Shown: positions 33,901-45,595, counted from the first letter of the whole stretch. The stretch is 63,998 bases of DNA, filler included, from Dimargaris cristalligena (GCA_003614675.1; 9 parts of 9 records of this genome joined end to end with filler, not necessarily neighbours in it), one strand, 5' to 3'. The notes: generated by a model not told the origin, from the letters alone. Numbers and translations: made by a program.

Positions 33901-34334
33901 CCCAGGTCATTGCCGCCCCCTCCTCCAAAGGTTACTCCCGGTATTTCCGGCAACATTCGTTCCAGGACCGCATGCCCAGTCACGAATACATCGCCCAGAG
34001 CGACATCATTGTCCACCGCCGAACAGCCAGCGAAAGTTTACCGTCGTTTTATAATGCCCATTTCTCATTTGACCAAGGCGGCGGGGGAGGTTCCATTATC
34101 TACCAATCCCCGCCACGAGTGTCGCAGAACTCCGACCCCTCCAGGGTGGAGTCCGATTTGAATACCTCCATGACCTCGACCCAACTGGGCTACACCTACT
34201 ACAACCGCCAGACGGACGAACAAGACGAGGACAACGCCTTCCGGTCCACCAGCAAACCGAACAAATATAAACCCAACAAGAGTCTGCCGCCCCTACCCCG
34301 GGGGGAAGTGATGATGACCCCTAACGTTATTTAA
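30974..34334 (+). CDS. Signal peptide + ectodomain + 7-TM + long disordered tail, receptor-like (835 aa); exons 30974-31300 and 32154-34334
   Basis: CAG|GTAAGT donor at 31301, ACTAAC branch at 32095, TGCAG acceptor at 32153, phase-0 join. Seven hydrophobic helices follow GPWNDLFES. Confidence 0.85.
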
Positions 34335-35725
34335 TCCTATTTAGACTAGGCGGGTATTATATATAGCCAGAATTGGTACCGAGCCTCTTTTTATTTATTT
34401 TTCCTCCCCTCTCTCGCTGTTCGAGGACACCGTGGCGCATGCCTTGTCAACTTTTTTTTATAGCCCATGCATCTTTATCGATTGGCCTTCCCCATTGTGC
34501 CTATATGTATAGTATTACCTTTCCCCAACAAGATAGGTTGCCTTTACGCCTGTGGATTGAATATTAGCTGGTCCGATATTCAATTAATAAATCCATCTTA
34601 TCGCTAGCAGTATGTGGAGGGTCTGTATTCAGGGGCTCATACTGACACTGTGCCTCGACATGGTTATTTGGCACAGTCTATTTAACATTACCGGTATGTA
34701 TAATACCCTTTTGTTAGTACTGACCCACTATCCCGAATAGACCATAGTAAATCATCATCACGTTTCATTACACCGATAGAGCTCCAACAAATCCAATCCC
34801 AGTAGCGAAATTGGGTGGCAATAGGAAGGTTACCCAGACTCATTATGGCATTTTTTGTGCCCGCGGCAATATGCCTCGGATATATAAATAGGGTGCTTTG
34901 GTACAGCCGTTTCTTCGAACACTTACCGCTCCCATGTTTGATTAACGACACATTCCTCAGTTGCATATACGTCTAATCATATATGTTTGTGGTTGTTTAC
35001 CATGGGCCTTAAGCACCAACCTATTTTCGAAATACTATTCAACAATTATCCATATAGACCTTCTTCAACTAGCGTGGAATCCTCGGTTTGGGCAAAGCCT
35101 AAATGCGATCCAGGGCCCTTGTTATTGATAAAATATCGTACATTTCGACAGTTAGCACCTGCCGTTCAAAACATCTATCGAGTCTGCATAAGACAACTTA
35201 CCTGTAATAACACCCGTAGTCTCCAGAAGGAGATTCGGATATGAAGAAGGTTTGAGCTTAGCACTAAGAACCGTATGACTCTCTTTTTTTCCCATAGGGG
35301 AACTTTAAAGACTGCCCAAAGTCCAGTAAGTCGGGGGATATTCCCACAGAGGGGCGTACTGGATTTGGTATCATTGTAGGGCGAATGTGCATGCGGAAAA
35401 GGCGGAGCAATTGCGAGTTGGACCATACAACAGTGTACAGATTAAAATATCGCCCTATACCTAAGTGGGGAACCATTTACGGAAAAAAATAGGTGAAAAG
35501 TAAATAAACCCAGGAAAACTATATAGGAAAGTCAATGCCAGGAATTATTCACCGGAAAATTGGGGGAGGGGATCCAGGCGGACGAGAAAGGGCAGCAATG
35601 GCGCAGAGATGGCCTATGCCTAAACNNNNNNNNNNNNNNNNNNNNNNNNNNNNNNNNNNNNNNNNNNNNTTAATTAATTAANNNNNNNNNNNNNNNNNNN
35701 NNNNNNNNNNNNNNNNNNNNNNNNN

Positions 35726-36037
35726 CTAAGGAACTGAATCAGTCCCAGAGGGGCCTGGTTATTTATATGTGGGGACTGCTCATAATGAGGGGTCCTTAAG
35801 AGTAATGGGATGAGTAAAGAAGAGGTAAGGGTCAGGGCCTCGACCAGGGGGCTTGCATCTGGAAGACTCCACTAAGAAAGGAGGAATATTGGATCAGCCA
35901 GTGGAGTATTGTGTGAGAAGCATTGGGGCCTGGGCATAGTAGGTTATATAGTAAGGGGAGAGTAATATGGTGCAATAAGGCAAGATTGGATGGGATGATC
36001 AGTATTCCGTATTTAGGAAGGATTAGGCAGGCTGACA
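35726..36037 (-). mobile_element. LTR family, divergent 5' half
   Basis: Reverse complement starts TGTCAG and shares GAGTCTTCCAGA, CCCCACAT..ATAACCAGGCCCC and TTCCTTAG with the other copies. Confidence 0.65.
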
Positions 36038-36496
36038 AATATCAAGACAGCTTATGTGGCCTCATAATAATAAATAGAACTGAGTAAATATGGTTAGATA
36101 GTAGAGGGACTTTATCTGAGAAACAGCTGTTGTCATTTATGTTAGCATCAGGTATTACATCTGAACCAGACCTCACCTTAATATTCCTGGTATGGGTATA
36201 TATAACCCTAACTGGCTTAGTAGACACCACAGAAATCAAGATTGCCAATTGGGGTGTTGGCAATAAATATGGTTAATTATATACACTCGATTATTTAGGG
36301 AACTATTTATTTATGTATTTTTTAAAACTCATGTAAAAGATAACTAGTGTCCAAAGGGAGGGCAGTGTTACTGAGTAAGTCATTCTAGATGAGCTATCTA
36401 GCCTAAAAGGGATGAGTTCTACTTGCATTTATGGATAATATCGACGATCCCTCATAGCGAAGTGGTGATAGTATATAGATTTGTCCACTCGGATCT

Positions 36497-38425
36497 CTAA
36501 TCTTTAGAGGGAATAGATTCTGCATCTCCTAGAAATAAAATATCCTCGAATTCCTGGTGTACCTCTAGGTGGTTTTGGATATACAATGTCATGGTGAAAC
36601 TATTGAGTAGGCCATTCATCGGATAATATCTAGTCCACTTTTGAGCCAGTTCGACCAGTAGCCTGCCCCGGTGTTTATAGCCTGGCAAATGAAACGTTAA
36701 ATACATGGCACGCTCTTTTTTGGTAATCCGGTCAAAGAATATTTTGAGATATTCGTCAAAGCTAGTCATTAGCTTAAGCACACCCTGCCCAAAAATACGG
36801 ATCCTATAGCGGAGCAAATGGGCCCGTAGCAACATCGAGGTGCGACTCGAGTGCCGGGCTACAAAATCACGATTCATATGTTCCAAAATGGTATTTTGCT
36901 GTTCGACCAGGTCGGTGGCGGCTGGGGCCTGACTTCTCGGGTACAGCATCTGCTCAAAAAGGAGGAAGAATTGCGGGTCGCATGAATCGTACCATTGGAG
37001 TTCCAACTTGGAGGATCGCTTGGCCTCGCTATGCAGGTAGATGCCTGTCTGGAGTAAGTAGCGCAACACTTGATTAATCTGCTCCATCATTTGCTCGGGG
37101 CTGACTTTTCCGCGGCGCAGAAATTCGAAGATGCGCACGATATGGTTGAAGTAAGCCTCGGTATCCCGGTAAAAGTAAACCTGGCGACTGTAGACGCCGT
37201 CCCATAAAAGCAGGTCACCCAGCCGAAGAGCCAGAAATTCCGTTTCACCCGGAAGTTGAGCCCACGGAGGAATGATCCGAGTCGGCGGGTCGTTAGTAAA
37301 TTGGACCGGACGACCGATAGCCTGGCCATTGACACCGGCTAAGGTGTGGGGAATATATAGGGCACTTTTCCCCCAGACAGACCCGTGAACGAACCCCAAT
37401 TGAGCTAATATAACGGATGTTGGCTCAGCGGACCTATCTAACTCTGTTTCAGGGTCGTTGTCGGGAACAGGGGCTGGCTTGCCCACCTTAGGTCGGGTAC
37501 GCACTCTGTCTCCTTTACATTCGGGGACGGACGGCGGGCTAACGCTCTTCCCTTGGGCGGCTTTGGCGACGGGGGCGGGGGGCTGTTTGACCAGCTTAGA
37601 CCAGGCATGCTCGTCATTTTGTTTCGGTCCGGAGGTGGAAGCTGGGCTAGCCGAAATTGGCGCAGGCGTATTAGTAAGCTTCACTCGGTCGGTGTTGATG
37701 GTAGAAGGGAGGAGTTGTTTACCCAACTCAGGCCAGTCGCTCTCACCTAATTTCAATTTGGGAGCGGAAACCGGGTGCTTCGGTTTAGCCCAGGCGGAAT
37801 TTTCTACCTTTGGCCGGGGATTCTCGACGTTAGGGAATGATGCTCGTTCAGCTACTTTGTCAAAGGTTGGGGTGGGTAATTTGCCCTTTACGGCCATACT
37901 ATATGACGAGGGATTCGATTTTTTGACCTCATTCCACGACTTTTGATTGGTTTTTGAACACGTAGACTTGCTGGTCCCCAAGTGGACATCCCCCTCGACT
38001 ACCAAACTCGTCTGTGACTCAGGTAACGGGTCCTCAACCGATGAGTGGCTAGTCATGACCCCAGCTTGGGACAGGGCGTCGCTTCCATCCACGGAATTTT
38101 CGATCTCCCAATCAGAAAGGTACTCGCCCTCGCCCCCCTCTCCCCCTATATCGCTGGGAATATTGGAATCGGGGAACTGCGCTCGTTTATCCCCGTACGA
38201 AATAACAGAAGGGGTCCCAGAGGAACTCGCCCAGTCAGTACTCCCCGGCTCCTCCTGTAGTAGAGGATAGTCCGCCCAGTCTGAGACTTGATGCATAATG
38301 TCACCAGAATTTGCGACACTCACCGGATTGGCCTGTATCAGGGAGCCTGGCGATGAAAGGGCCAACCACAACAGGAGGGCCACCGGAAACGTACATTTTC
38401 GCGAGGAAGCAATCGGGTGCATCAT
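36497..38425 (-). CDS. Signal-peptide hypothetical protein (642 aa): low-complexity N-half, helical C-half
   Basis: ACCATGATG start, FPVALLLWLALSSPGSLIQA|NP signal-like, intronless 1.9-kb ORF. Confidence 0.8.
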   Translation of the reverse strand: MMHPIASSRKCTFPVALLLWLALSSPGSLIQANPVSVANSGDIMHQVSDWADYPLLQEEPGSTDWASSSGTPSVISYGDKRAQFPDSNIPSDIGGEGGEGEYLSDWEIENSVDGSDALSQAGVMTSHSSVEDPLPESQTSLVVEGDVHLGTSKSTCSKTNQKSWNEVKKSNPSSYSMAVKGKLPTPTFDKVAERASFPNVENPRPKVENSAWAKPKHPVSAPKLKLGESDWPELGKQLLPSTINTDRVKLTNTPAPISASPASTSGPKQNDEHAWSKLVKQPPAPVAKAAQGKSVSPPSVPECKGDRVRTRPKVGKPAPVPDNDPETELDRSAEPTSVILAQLGFVHGSVWGKSALYIPHTLAGVNGQAIGRPVQFTNDPPTRIIPPWAQLPGETEFLALRLGDLLLWDGVYSRQVYFYRDTEAYFNHIVRIFEFLRRGKVSPEQMMEQINQVLRYLLQTGIYLHSEAKRSSKLELQWYDSCDPQFFLLFEQMLYPRSQAPAATDLVEQQNTILEHMNRDFVARHSSRTSMLLRAHLLRYRIRIFGQGVLKLMTSFDEYLKIFFDRITKKERAMYLTFHLPGYKHRGRLLVELAQKWTRYYPMNGLLNSFTMTLYIQNHLEVHQEFEDILFLGDAESIPSKD

Positions 38426-38807
38426 GGTAAGGTTGGGTAGAATCCACGAGTAATCAATCCAACAATAATAAAACCTAACTCATAAAATGTGAACAATAAA
38501 GGTAGCAGTCTAGTTCGGAATAATTCGCTTTGACTACCTAGAATGAGGAAATATGGCACAATAGGGCCAAGTATTTATACTTTAATGACGTGGATGTCAA
38601 TTAGCGGGGTGGACTTGGCTCTCCCTATCCTTGTCACTTTGTGGAGCTTCAGAACAAAAGTAAATATAAAATGAACTCGCCTCAGCTCAGCGACATTGAC
38701 CTCTAGGTTGGCTCCTAAAATAATACTCAGCCCATTCTTTCCGATGGTCGTACTGTTGAATAAGAATACCAAAAGGTGATATTTGACTATGGGTATCCTA
38801 AATACCA

Positions 38808-38944
38808 AAGGGCAAAATTCAACGTAACTTCAGAAGACTTTGATTGATGTATGTATGGGAAAATCTACGGTATGTCTATTTTTAACGAGTAAGGTGCCTC
38901 ATCGAACATATTTTTTGCTATACGGCCTGATTGAGCCTCTCCCA
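38808..38944 (-). mobile_element. ~138-bp MITE family, old copy
   Basis: GTATGGGAAAAT, GCCTCATC, TTTTT.CTATAC.GCCTG and CTCTCCCATA match the family. Confidence 0.7.
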
Positions 38945-41120
38945 TATGAACCTGATATTTCAAATAACCGTCGGACATGCCGTTACACTATTCACATACG
39001 ATATTCCCATGGGTACCCCCTCTTCCTTCATCCCCTATGGGTATTTCCAAGACATCTTAGGTTGGGTTGTACTATTCAGCCTCTTGTATTCGGTATACTC
39101 ATCCCATTCACCTATACAGGGTAGGTGATCATAGTATATTTGACGAATATCATTTGTATAGTAGGTGGTACAACAGACCATTCATTGATGGTCGATAGGA
39201 GGAATGTACATGGTCCCATTTCAGACTGCGGGTATTTCTGGACGGCGAAGGGAAAATGTCAACGAGGTAATGGGGTTGTAAATGGTTTAAAGTCGTGGTC
39301 CTCAATATTTTGTGGTCAGGGTATTATCGCTCGAAGGACATCCGGTGCGGGAGTTTAAATGTTAATAGAAAGCTGATATACCGACGGTTCATTGTAATTT
39401 ATCCTACTCTATCTTATCCCAATATCAAAAAACCGATATTCCTTTAGGTCACATTGTCGGCTAAAATCACAAGAGCGATGTTTTATTGATATTTTATATT
39501 TCCCTCCCCCTCATAACTCAATACCCCGGAAGACTTGGTCCACCTCAGCAGTGTTTCTGGAATGCCTCAAGCGGCGTAACCCAACTATATTTCAAAGGCT
39601 GTTACACTTCATCCTAATTCCCCATTTCCCCTACCTGTGCTCCGTGAAATAAATGGGTTCACCGTACGACTATGGACCACTTGTGGAGTGCCGTTCGGCC
39701 ATCTGATGTATGACAACAGCTTCCGGAAAGGCCAATTACACCAATTCGGTAGATGAGCCTTAGACAACCGTTGTTCGGTGCGATAGGTTGGGGGAAGCTT
39801 TTGACTATTGCTTAGTAATTCATGAGAGATTCCTATAAACGATAACATTGGCTAGTTATCTCGACCTATGCGGTTTTCACGGAGAGATCCTGATTTGTGA
39901 GTCCAGTTTTAGTTGAACCTAGAACCTGAAAACCAACTAATTTCTGTCTATGCCAAATAATACGATTGCAACCGACTTTCAGACTGGCGATCTAATGTTA
40001 GGACACCAAAGAGAGTTGGCCACAACTAACTGACTTCAACTTTGTGGGTATCGCATTAAAAAATTGATTGACACCTAATATTGGTATGTCTATATGGATG
40101 AAATGTAAACGGTAGAATATATGGGAGATTGGCTTGGAGTCTTACACTGCCTGTCTCATAGAACATGTATATTTCCCGTTTCACAACTGGACTGAACTTC
40201 TTAACGACTGTTTCTATTAAATATATTTAATTGGCTCGTTGGTGCCTGCTATACCATCGACCTCTTTGGATATCTTTCTTACAAATCACCTACCTATTTA
40301 TAAAATTACATTTTCCCACCTCGATTGATCGCCTTTTAAACCACTCGAAAATTAATGCAAAAATAATTCCCTTTAATTAACATATCTGTCGGTTATTATG
40401 GGGGAATTGGCCCGATAGGCTTGCGACTCCCAAGAACCTATCACTGCAATTTCCACCTAATAAAGCCGCGTAGAATGCGTTAGAAATTTAGTTATCCTGC
40501 CCCGCCGATTCTATACCTTGGGCTACATCATCCCATGTTCGGATCATCAATTTTTCATAATTGCTTCTTCTATCCAACTAAATAAAACTAACTGTGGGCG
40601 TATAGCTATACCAATTGTGGGTCTTTCTCTCTCCTATTATCGTTAATAGATGCCGTCGACGTTTTGTTATTTATTGGCGATACTTATTTCGCTCAATGGA
40701 CAAGTCCACGGTCTATAATAACCGAAAGGTCGTCGTGTACAAGTGTAAAGAACACGGCAGAGACAAATTTGAACGTAAAAATAGAATAAACTAATAGGGT
40801 CGGCTGGTAGGAAGGAATAAAAGAAGGAGAAAGATAGAGAAACAAATTTTCGCTAGAAAATTTTTCCTTTCTACTTCGGGGAAAGTAATATTTTTACGGA
40901 AAAATTTTTCTTTCCCCTCTATTAACATAATGAGTTTTTAAAAACGAATTATCGTTAATAGATGCCTATTCCCAATAACCCTAACTCTCGAATTGACGAC
41001 TCCATTACAATGGAGTTGTCTGAAAGGTTCTTAACTAAATATAAAACTTATAACTAGGTAGACTAAATGGATAGAAACTTGAAGAAATTGACATGTGATA
41101 ACTGAAAATAGTTGAATCCT

Positions 41121-42272
41121 TTAAATGATAAACGAGAAAACTAATTGGAGATCCGGATGATAAGGTAAAGATACTCGGCAATAAGCCCTCATAGTTTCTA
41201 ATGCCTCCCAACGGCCCCAATCCAATACCCTCAATGGATTAATCTTAGCCGCGAGCATACCAGCAACCATTGTCTTCCTCAAACTATGTGATGAGTAGTC
41301 AGAGGCAGTGATACCCTGATGCCCAAATGATTGGAATAGGGCTTGGATACTCCGGGTAACCCAGGCTGCTGGGTTGCTCTTGAATGTTTGCCACAGCCTG
41401 TCTGAGGTTAGTGATGCTAGATACTGTTCAAGAATGGCTTTAAAGCCTGGGCAAATTGGACTGGCCACTCGATGGATACCTTCTAAGTGTGCCTTACGTT
41501 TTTCACCTGCAATAAAGACAGACAATGTAAGACCCTCGAGGGTCACATCCTGCCGTCGTAGACTGGCTAATGAATTCGCGCGTAGACCAAAAATAATGCC
41601 AATGATAAATAGAGCACCCCATTCTAATTGTACCTTATTCGGGACCCACCCCAGGGAATACAGACACCTATATAGATGTGTGGGGATTGGGCGTGCTCCT
41701 TGGGGATCCCTCGACTCTGGAAAGTCCTGGTAAAAGGTAACTGCGTAGCCCTTTCGAAACTGTGATGCGGCCTCCTCAGAAAATTCGACCTGGCCATAAG
41801 TGACCCTATCAAACTTTGTTATCGGTGCTAGCCTCCCAGGTATTGACCGGGGATTTACCCTTAAGGTATATAGGTATACTAGGTATGAAATTAGAGTCGC
41901 GTCTGAGATCGGGTGTGCCGGCATACTTCTCAATTGACAAAATTGCAGAAATTGGCGATGATGATTCTCGTAGGTCTTCCAAGTTGCCTTGGAGAGGCTG
42001 TTCTTCAGGATAGTTGATGCCATACTTCCTTCTGGTAAGTTTGGGGCCAAGTGTGCCAACCACCGGTCTGTAATCACAGAAGAATAATCCCCCTGGGTCC
42101 TAAGTGAGCCTAAAATCGAGCTACGATCATTTTCCAACGTCGATTCATGAATGGTTCTGGGAGTAAATTGTGAGACCCCATCGGTGGGATTGCCCACTGG
42201 CCATGAATCGGAAGTTCGCTGATTGATTTTGCATGCTTGACTAGGGGTGGCCACCAGGGTTGGCTCCGCCAT
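41121..42272 (-). CDS. Tyrosine recombinase of DIRS-like element (frame open from 42470, first ATG 42272)
   Basis: N-domain SLSKATWKTY..QFLQFC..LISYLVYL; catalytic FGLRA (R), YSSHSLR (HxxR), GRW (W), MRAY (Y); PICP motif. Confidence 0.92.
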   Translation of the reverse strand: MAEPTLVATPSQACKINQRTSDSWPVGNPTDGVSQFTPRTIHESTLENDRSSILGSLRTQGDYSSVITDRWLAHLAPNLPEGSMASTILKNSLSKATWKTYENHHRQFLQFCQLRSMPAHPISDATLISYLVYLYTLRVNPRSIPGRLAPITKFDRVTYGQVEFSEEAASQFRKGYAVTFYQDFPESRDPQGARPIPTHLYRCLYSLGWVPNKVQLEWGALFIIGIIFGLRANSLASLRRQDVTLEGLTLSVFIAGEKRKAHLEGIHRVASPICPGFKAILEQYLASLTSDRLWQTFKSNPAAWVTRSIQALFQSFGHQGITASDYSSHSLRKTMVAGMLAAKINPLRVLDWGRWEALETMRAYCRVSLPYHPDLQLVFSFII

Positions 42273-42523
42273 AGGGGTAGAATAATTGTCCCTCACGCCT
42301 GTTCTTGTATTATTTTCGCTAATACCCGATTGATTACTCCAAATGGTGGATTGAACCACCCGTTTTCCTGTGACCAATCGAGGGAGAAGGCATCCTGTCT
42401 GACTGCTCTGGGATGTGGGTTCAAGGTGCAATAGCGGGTCAGCTGGGCATTCCAGGGACTTGCAAACCAATCGATTGTGTGCGGCCCGAATGAGTGATCT
42501 AGGGACCTGAATAATTCACGCGC
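42110..42523 (-). pseudogene. Dam-like DNA N6-adenine methyltransferase domain (C-terminus of DIRS RT-RH-MT ORF), one premature stop
   Basis: Manual translation: RELFRSLDHSFGPHTIDWFASPWNAQLTRYC...DAFSLDWSQENGWFNPPFGVINRVLAKIIQEQA*GTIILPLWRSQPWWPPL...WKMIVARF*. NPPF at 42341-42352; TGA at 42293-42295. Confidence 0.9.
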
Positions 42524-42824
42524 TGTGGCAAGGTGAAGTGTCCCCTTAAATTGCCACAGGTATGCACAATTATTATTTACTTATTATATTTATATACAAG
42601 GTATGAAGTGGCTTTTTTGTCTGGTATATCCAGTTTTTTTCCCTTCCCTTTTAACCCATTTCTTCCACACGAATTTTCCTTTAATTTTAGTTATATTTCT
42701 ATTGGTGGATGCATGCTTTCACTGNNNNNNNNNNNNNNNNNNNNNNNNNNNNNNNNNNNNNNNNNNNNTTAATTAATTAANNNNNNNNNNNNNNNNNNNN
42801 NNNNNNNNNNNNNNNNNNNNNNNN

Positions 42825-43318
42825 CCAGTACTATGGGATCATCCTATATTATATAACCCTTCCCCTTCTGGACTCTGCCTCTTCACACTAATCACTCAAG
42901 TGCCAATCTGAAGACTCTTCTGGTTACCATCAGAGTCTTCCAGATACTAGTGGCTATCCAGTTAGCCTATTTTACCTATGCCCTAGTCTTAGTAGTAGTC
43001 TTCCCTTGGGACCTCCCTCTGGAGCTGTCCTTGCATATATATAACTAGGCCCCATTATGGACCAGTTCAATTCCTTAGCTTATTCTTACCCCCTGATTTA
43101 CCCCTAATAAACCCTATATATACTTACTCCCCCTCATACTGACTAGTAAGTGTACCTGCTGCACATCCCTTATATATACCTGCACTTAGCCTTTATTAGT
43201 TAGTACCATGCCTATACCTGATGCTAGTAGCCCACTTGGCTGAGCCTAAGCCCTGCCTACCATTAGAAGCCTATCCTCAGGACTCTTGACAAACTAAGAG
43301 TAGTTAACCCAGGTGACA
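42825..43318 (+). mobile_element. LTR family copy, 5' cut by contig edge
   Basis: Colinear with 13578-14057 (-) and ~5680-6159; ends GGTGACA; no CpG. Confidence 0.8.
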
Positions 43319-45595
43319 GCAAATAAGTACCAAAACATTACAGAAGTCTACATTAGTTACAATTCAGTAGCTTAAAATATTACATTGTCATAGTAATAGC
43401 CCAAAAATGAATTGTTAATATTATACAACTATGCAACCATGGAGACAATAGGCTGGTAAAAGTAGTTGTATAATTGAGAATGTAGTAGATAAGAGAATCT
43501 GGGACTACTAATAGTTTCTTGAACCAATGTAATAGTCTTTGTCTAAAATCACAGGGGTCCCCCTGGTACAGTACTATGGAAGGGGTATGTGAAGCCTTCT
43601 GGTTATAGATTCAATATGACCAATTCTTAGTTAGGATTTCAAATGGTATTCATCATTGCCATTAACATGACTGAAATTACTAAGACTATGTGATTTACTA
43701 ATCCATGGATGAGGCATGTAAAACATGTATAGTGTCCCATAAAGGACAGGCCGTAGTTTCCAAAACAATTGTGAACTTGCCAGGAATTGGCTTCTTTTTT
43801 GAAAACTTCACAATTTCAATCCCAATAGGTAACAAAGGGCATGGTGGAGATGCAAAGTACTTTTGGGCTTATTCAGTCTATCCATTATGAATCCACCAGT
43901 TGTTCTCCTGTCCTTTCTTTTGTTAAGCAAAGCTGCCCTAACTCACTGGGGTCACAAAGTTAGAATTTCCAACAGTGTACCACTAATATTTTTTTATAAG
44001 AAAAACATGTATAAAAGGCACTGGTTCTCCCCACATTTATCCATCAACTTTTTTCATTTGCACACCATAATATAATGTCAGTGTTAAAAAGTATTATCCA
44101 TTCCATCATTCCTTGCAGCCCCATAGGCAACCAGGGGCCGTACTCTGCAAGATTGCAGACAATAAATCAATATACACTACCCTGTCAAGGTAAAGGGCAA
44201 AAACCCCACAAAAAATCATGGAGGGATTTCCCTGACTTCATATGGTCAGCCCCTTGTTTATCCCAAGAGGGTGGCACCCCCCCTCCTCTGTCTGACCCAG
44301 AGTGAAATACTAGGGATCATGTGATGGTGGAGGGTTTCTATTCTTTGGAATATATGTAGCATGTTATTAGTATTACATGTATTTTGATTAATTGCTTTTT
44401 CTAATGAGGAACTTCCACCTTTTTATATAGATGTGGCTTCATCTACTAAAATGCTCCTTATTTGTCTGGTTTATACCAATCAATTTTATGTGGTATTGGA
44501 AACCGAAGACTAATTGACGATTTGGCACCAGTCATCCAAGCAACATACAAAGGCTTGGTGGCTGAGTTCATCAGTTAATACATGGCGGCAGAAATGAGCT
44601 TGGCTTTATTTACTAGTAATTTTGTCTCTTGAATAGATGGTAGCACCGAGCTCTGGTCGAATTTAAAATGAGTTTAGAACCACCATTGGACTCATTTTTC
44701 CTTATCCACTTCAATAATATCTCTACGCCCTAATATTGATTGAAATCACAATCCATAGGTTATTGTAAACAACTCGAATTCTTTTCAACTAACCCAAAAC
44801 AAAAGGATTTTCCCTTTTATTAATAAAATTCAGTTCAGTACATCTATATTTCGATTTTTATATCGACTGGATATTGAGCACACACCTAATTTACTGGATA
44901 TCAGCATATATATTCGCACTTTTATTGTGTTTTATGATTATTTTGAGATCAAAAATGGCAACACGGAATAGGGCATGTTGCCATTAATGCAATTAGGGGC
45001 TGTTGTAAGGAATTATAATCAGTTCGGTTGGGTAGGCCCAAGAATATATGGCGCTACTATCGATATCTTCAGACAGGGTACAAGTGGCCCAAAAAGCAAA
45101 TATATTACACGTTCTTATGCGCCAAAGTTACAGGACATTTGTTATACCAGCTATATCCATGGTATGGCCACGGGGTTTGGTCGTGTTCAACTTAAACTCA
45201 TTGAATGGCTGCTGTCAGGCAGGAAACTGCCACCACTGGGATCGTTTAGTGTGCTAAAGTAACCAAGACCTAATCTAATATATATCAATCAATTATTTAG
45301 TCCAGTAGCATAGTACCCGAATTACCATTACTCTCGGCACTAACCCACTTGCACCGGTCGAATCAAAGTCCAGGTTTATTAATAGGGCCTCAGATGGTAA
45401 TGTTCAGTGGTTTAGAGACAACTACCAAGGCACTGCGCAGTTGGGAATGGTGTAAAGGCCCTTACTTCATGTTATCCCGTCGGATGTTCAATATCAATGA
45501 CCAAGTAACTATCTTGGACCACTCATTACGTTTCCCGAAACTTAGATCATTATTTTGCCTGGATAGTCTTTCCGTTACCCGGGGCCATATACAAA

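Larger units (their letters stand above)
40636..42523 (-). mobile_element. DIRS1-like tyrosine-recombinase retrotransposon, 3' half
   Basis: Methyltransferase frame overlapping a YR ORF, then an ICR-like hairpin (40919-40966) whose 19-bp arm recurs at the presumed terminus (40636-40654). Confidence 0.88.
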
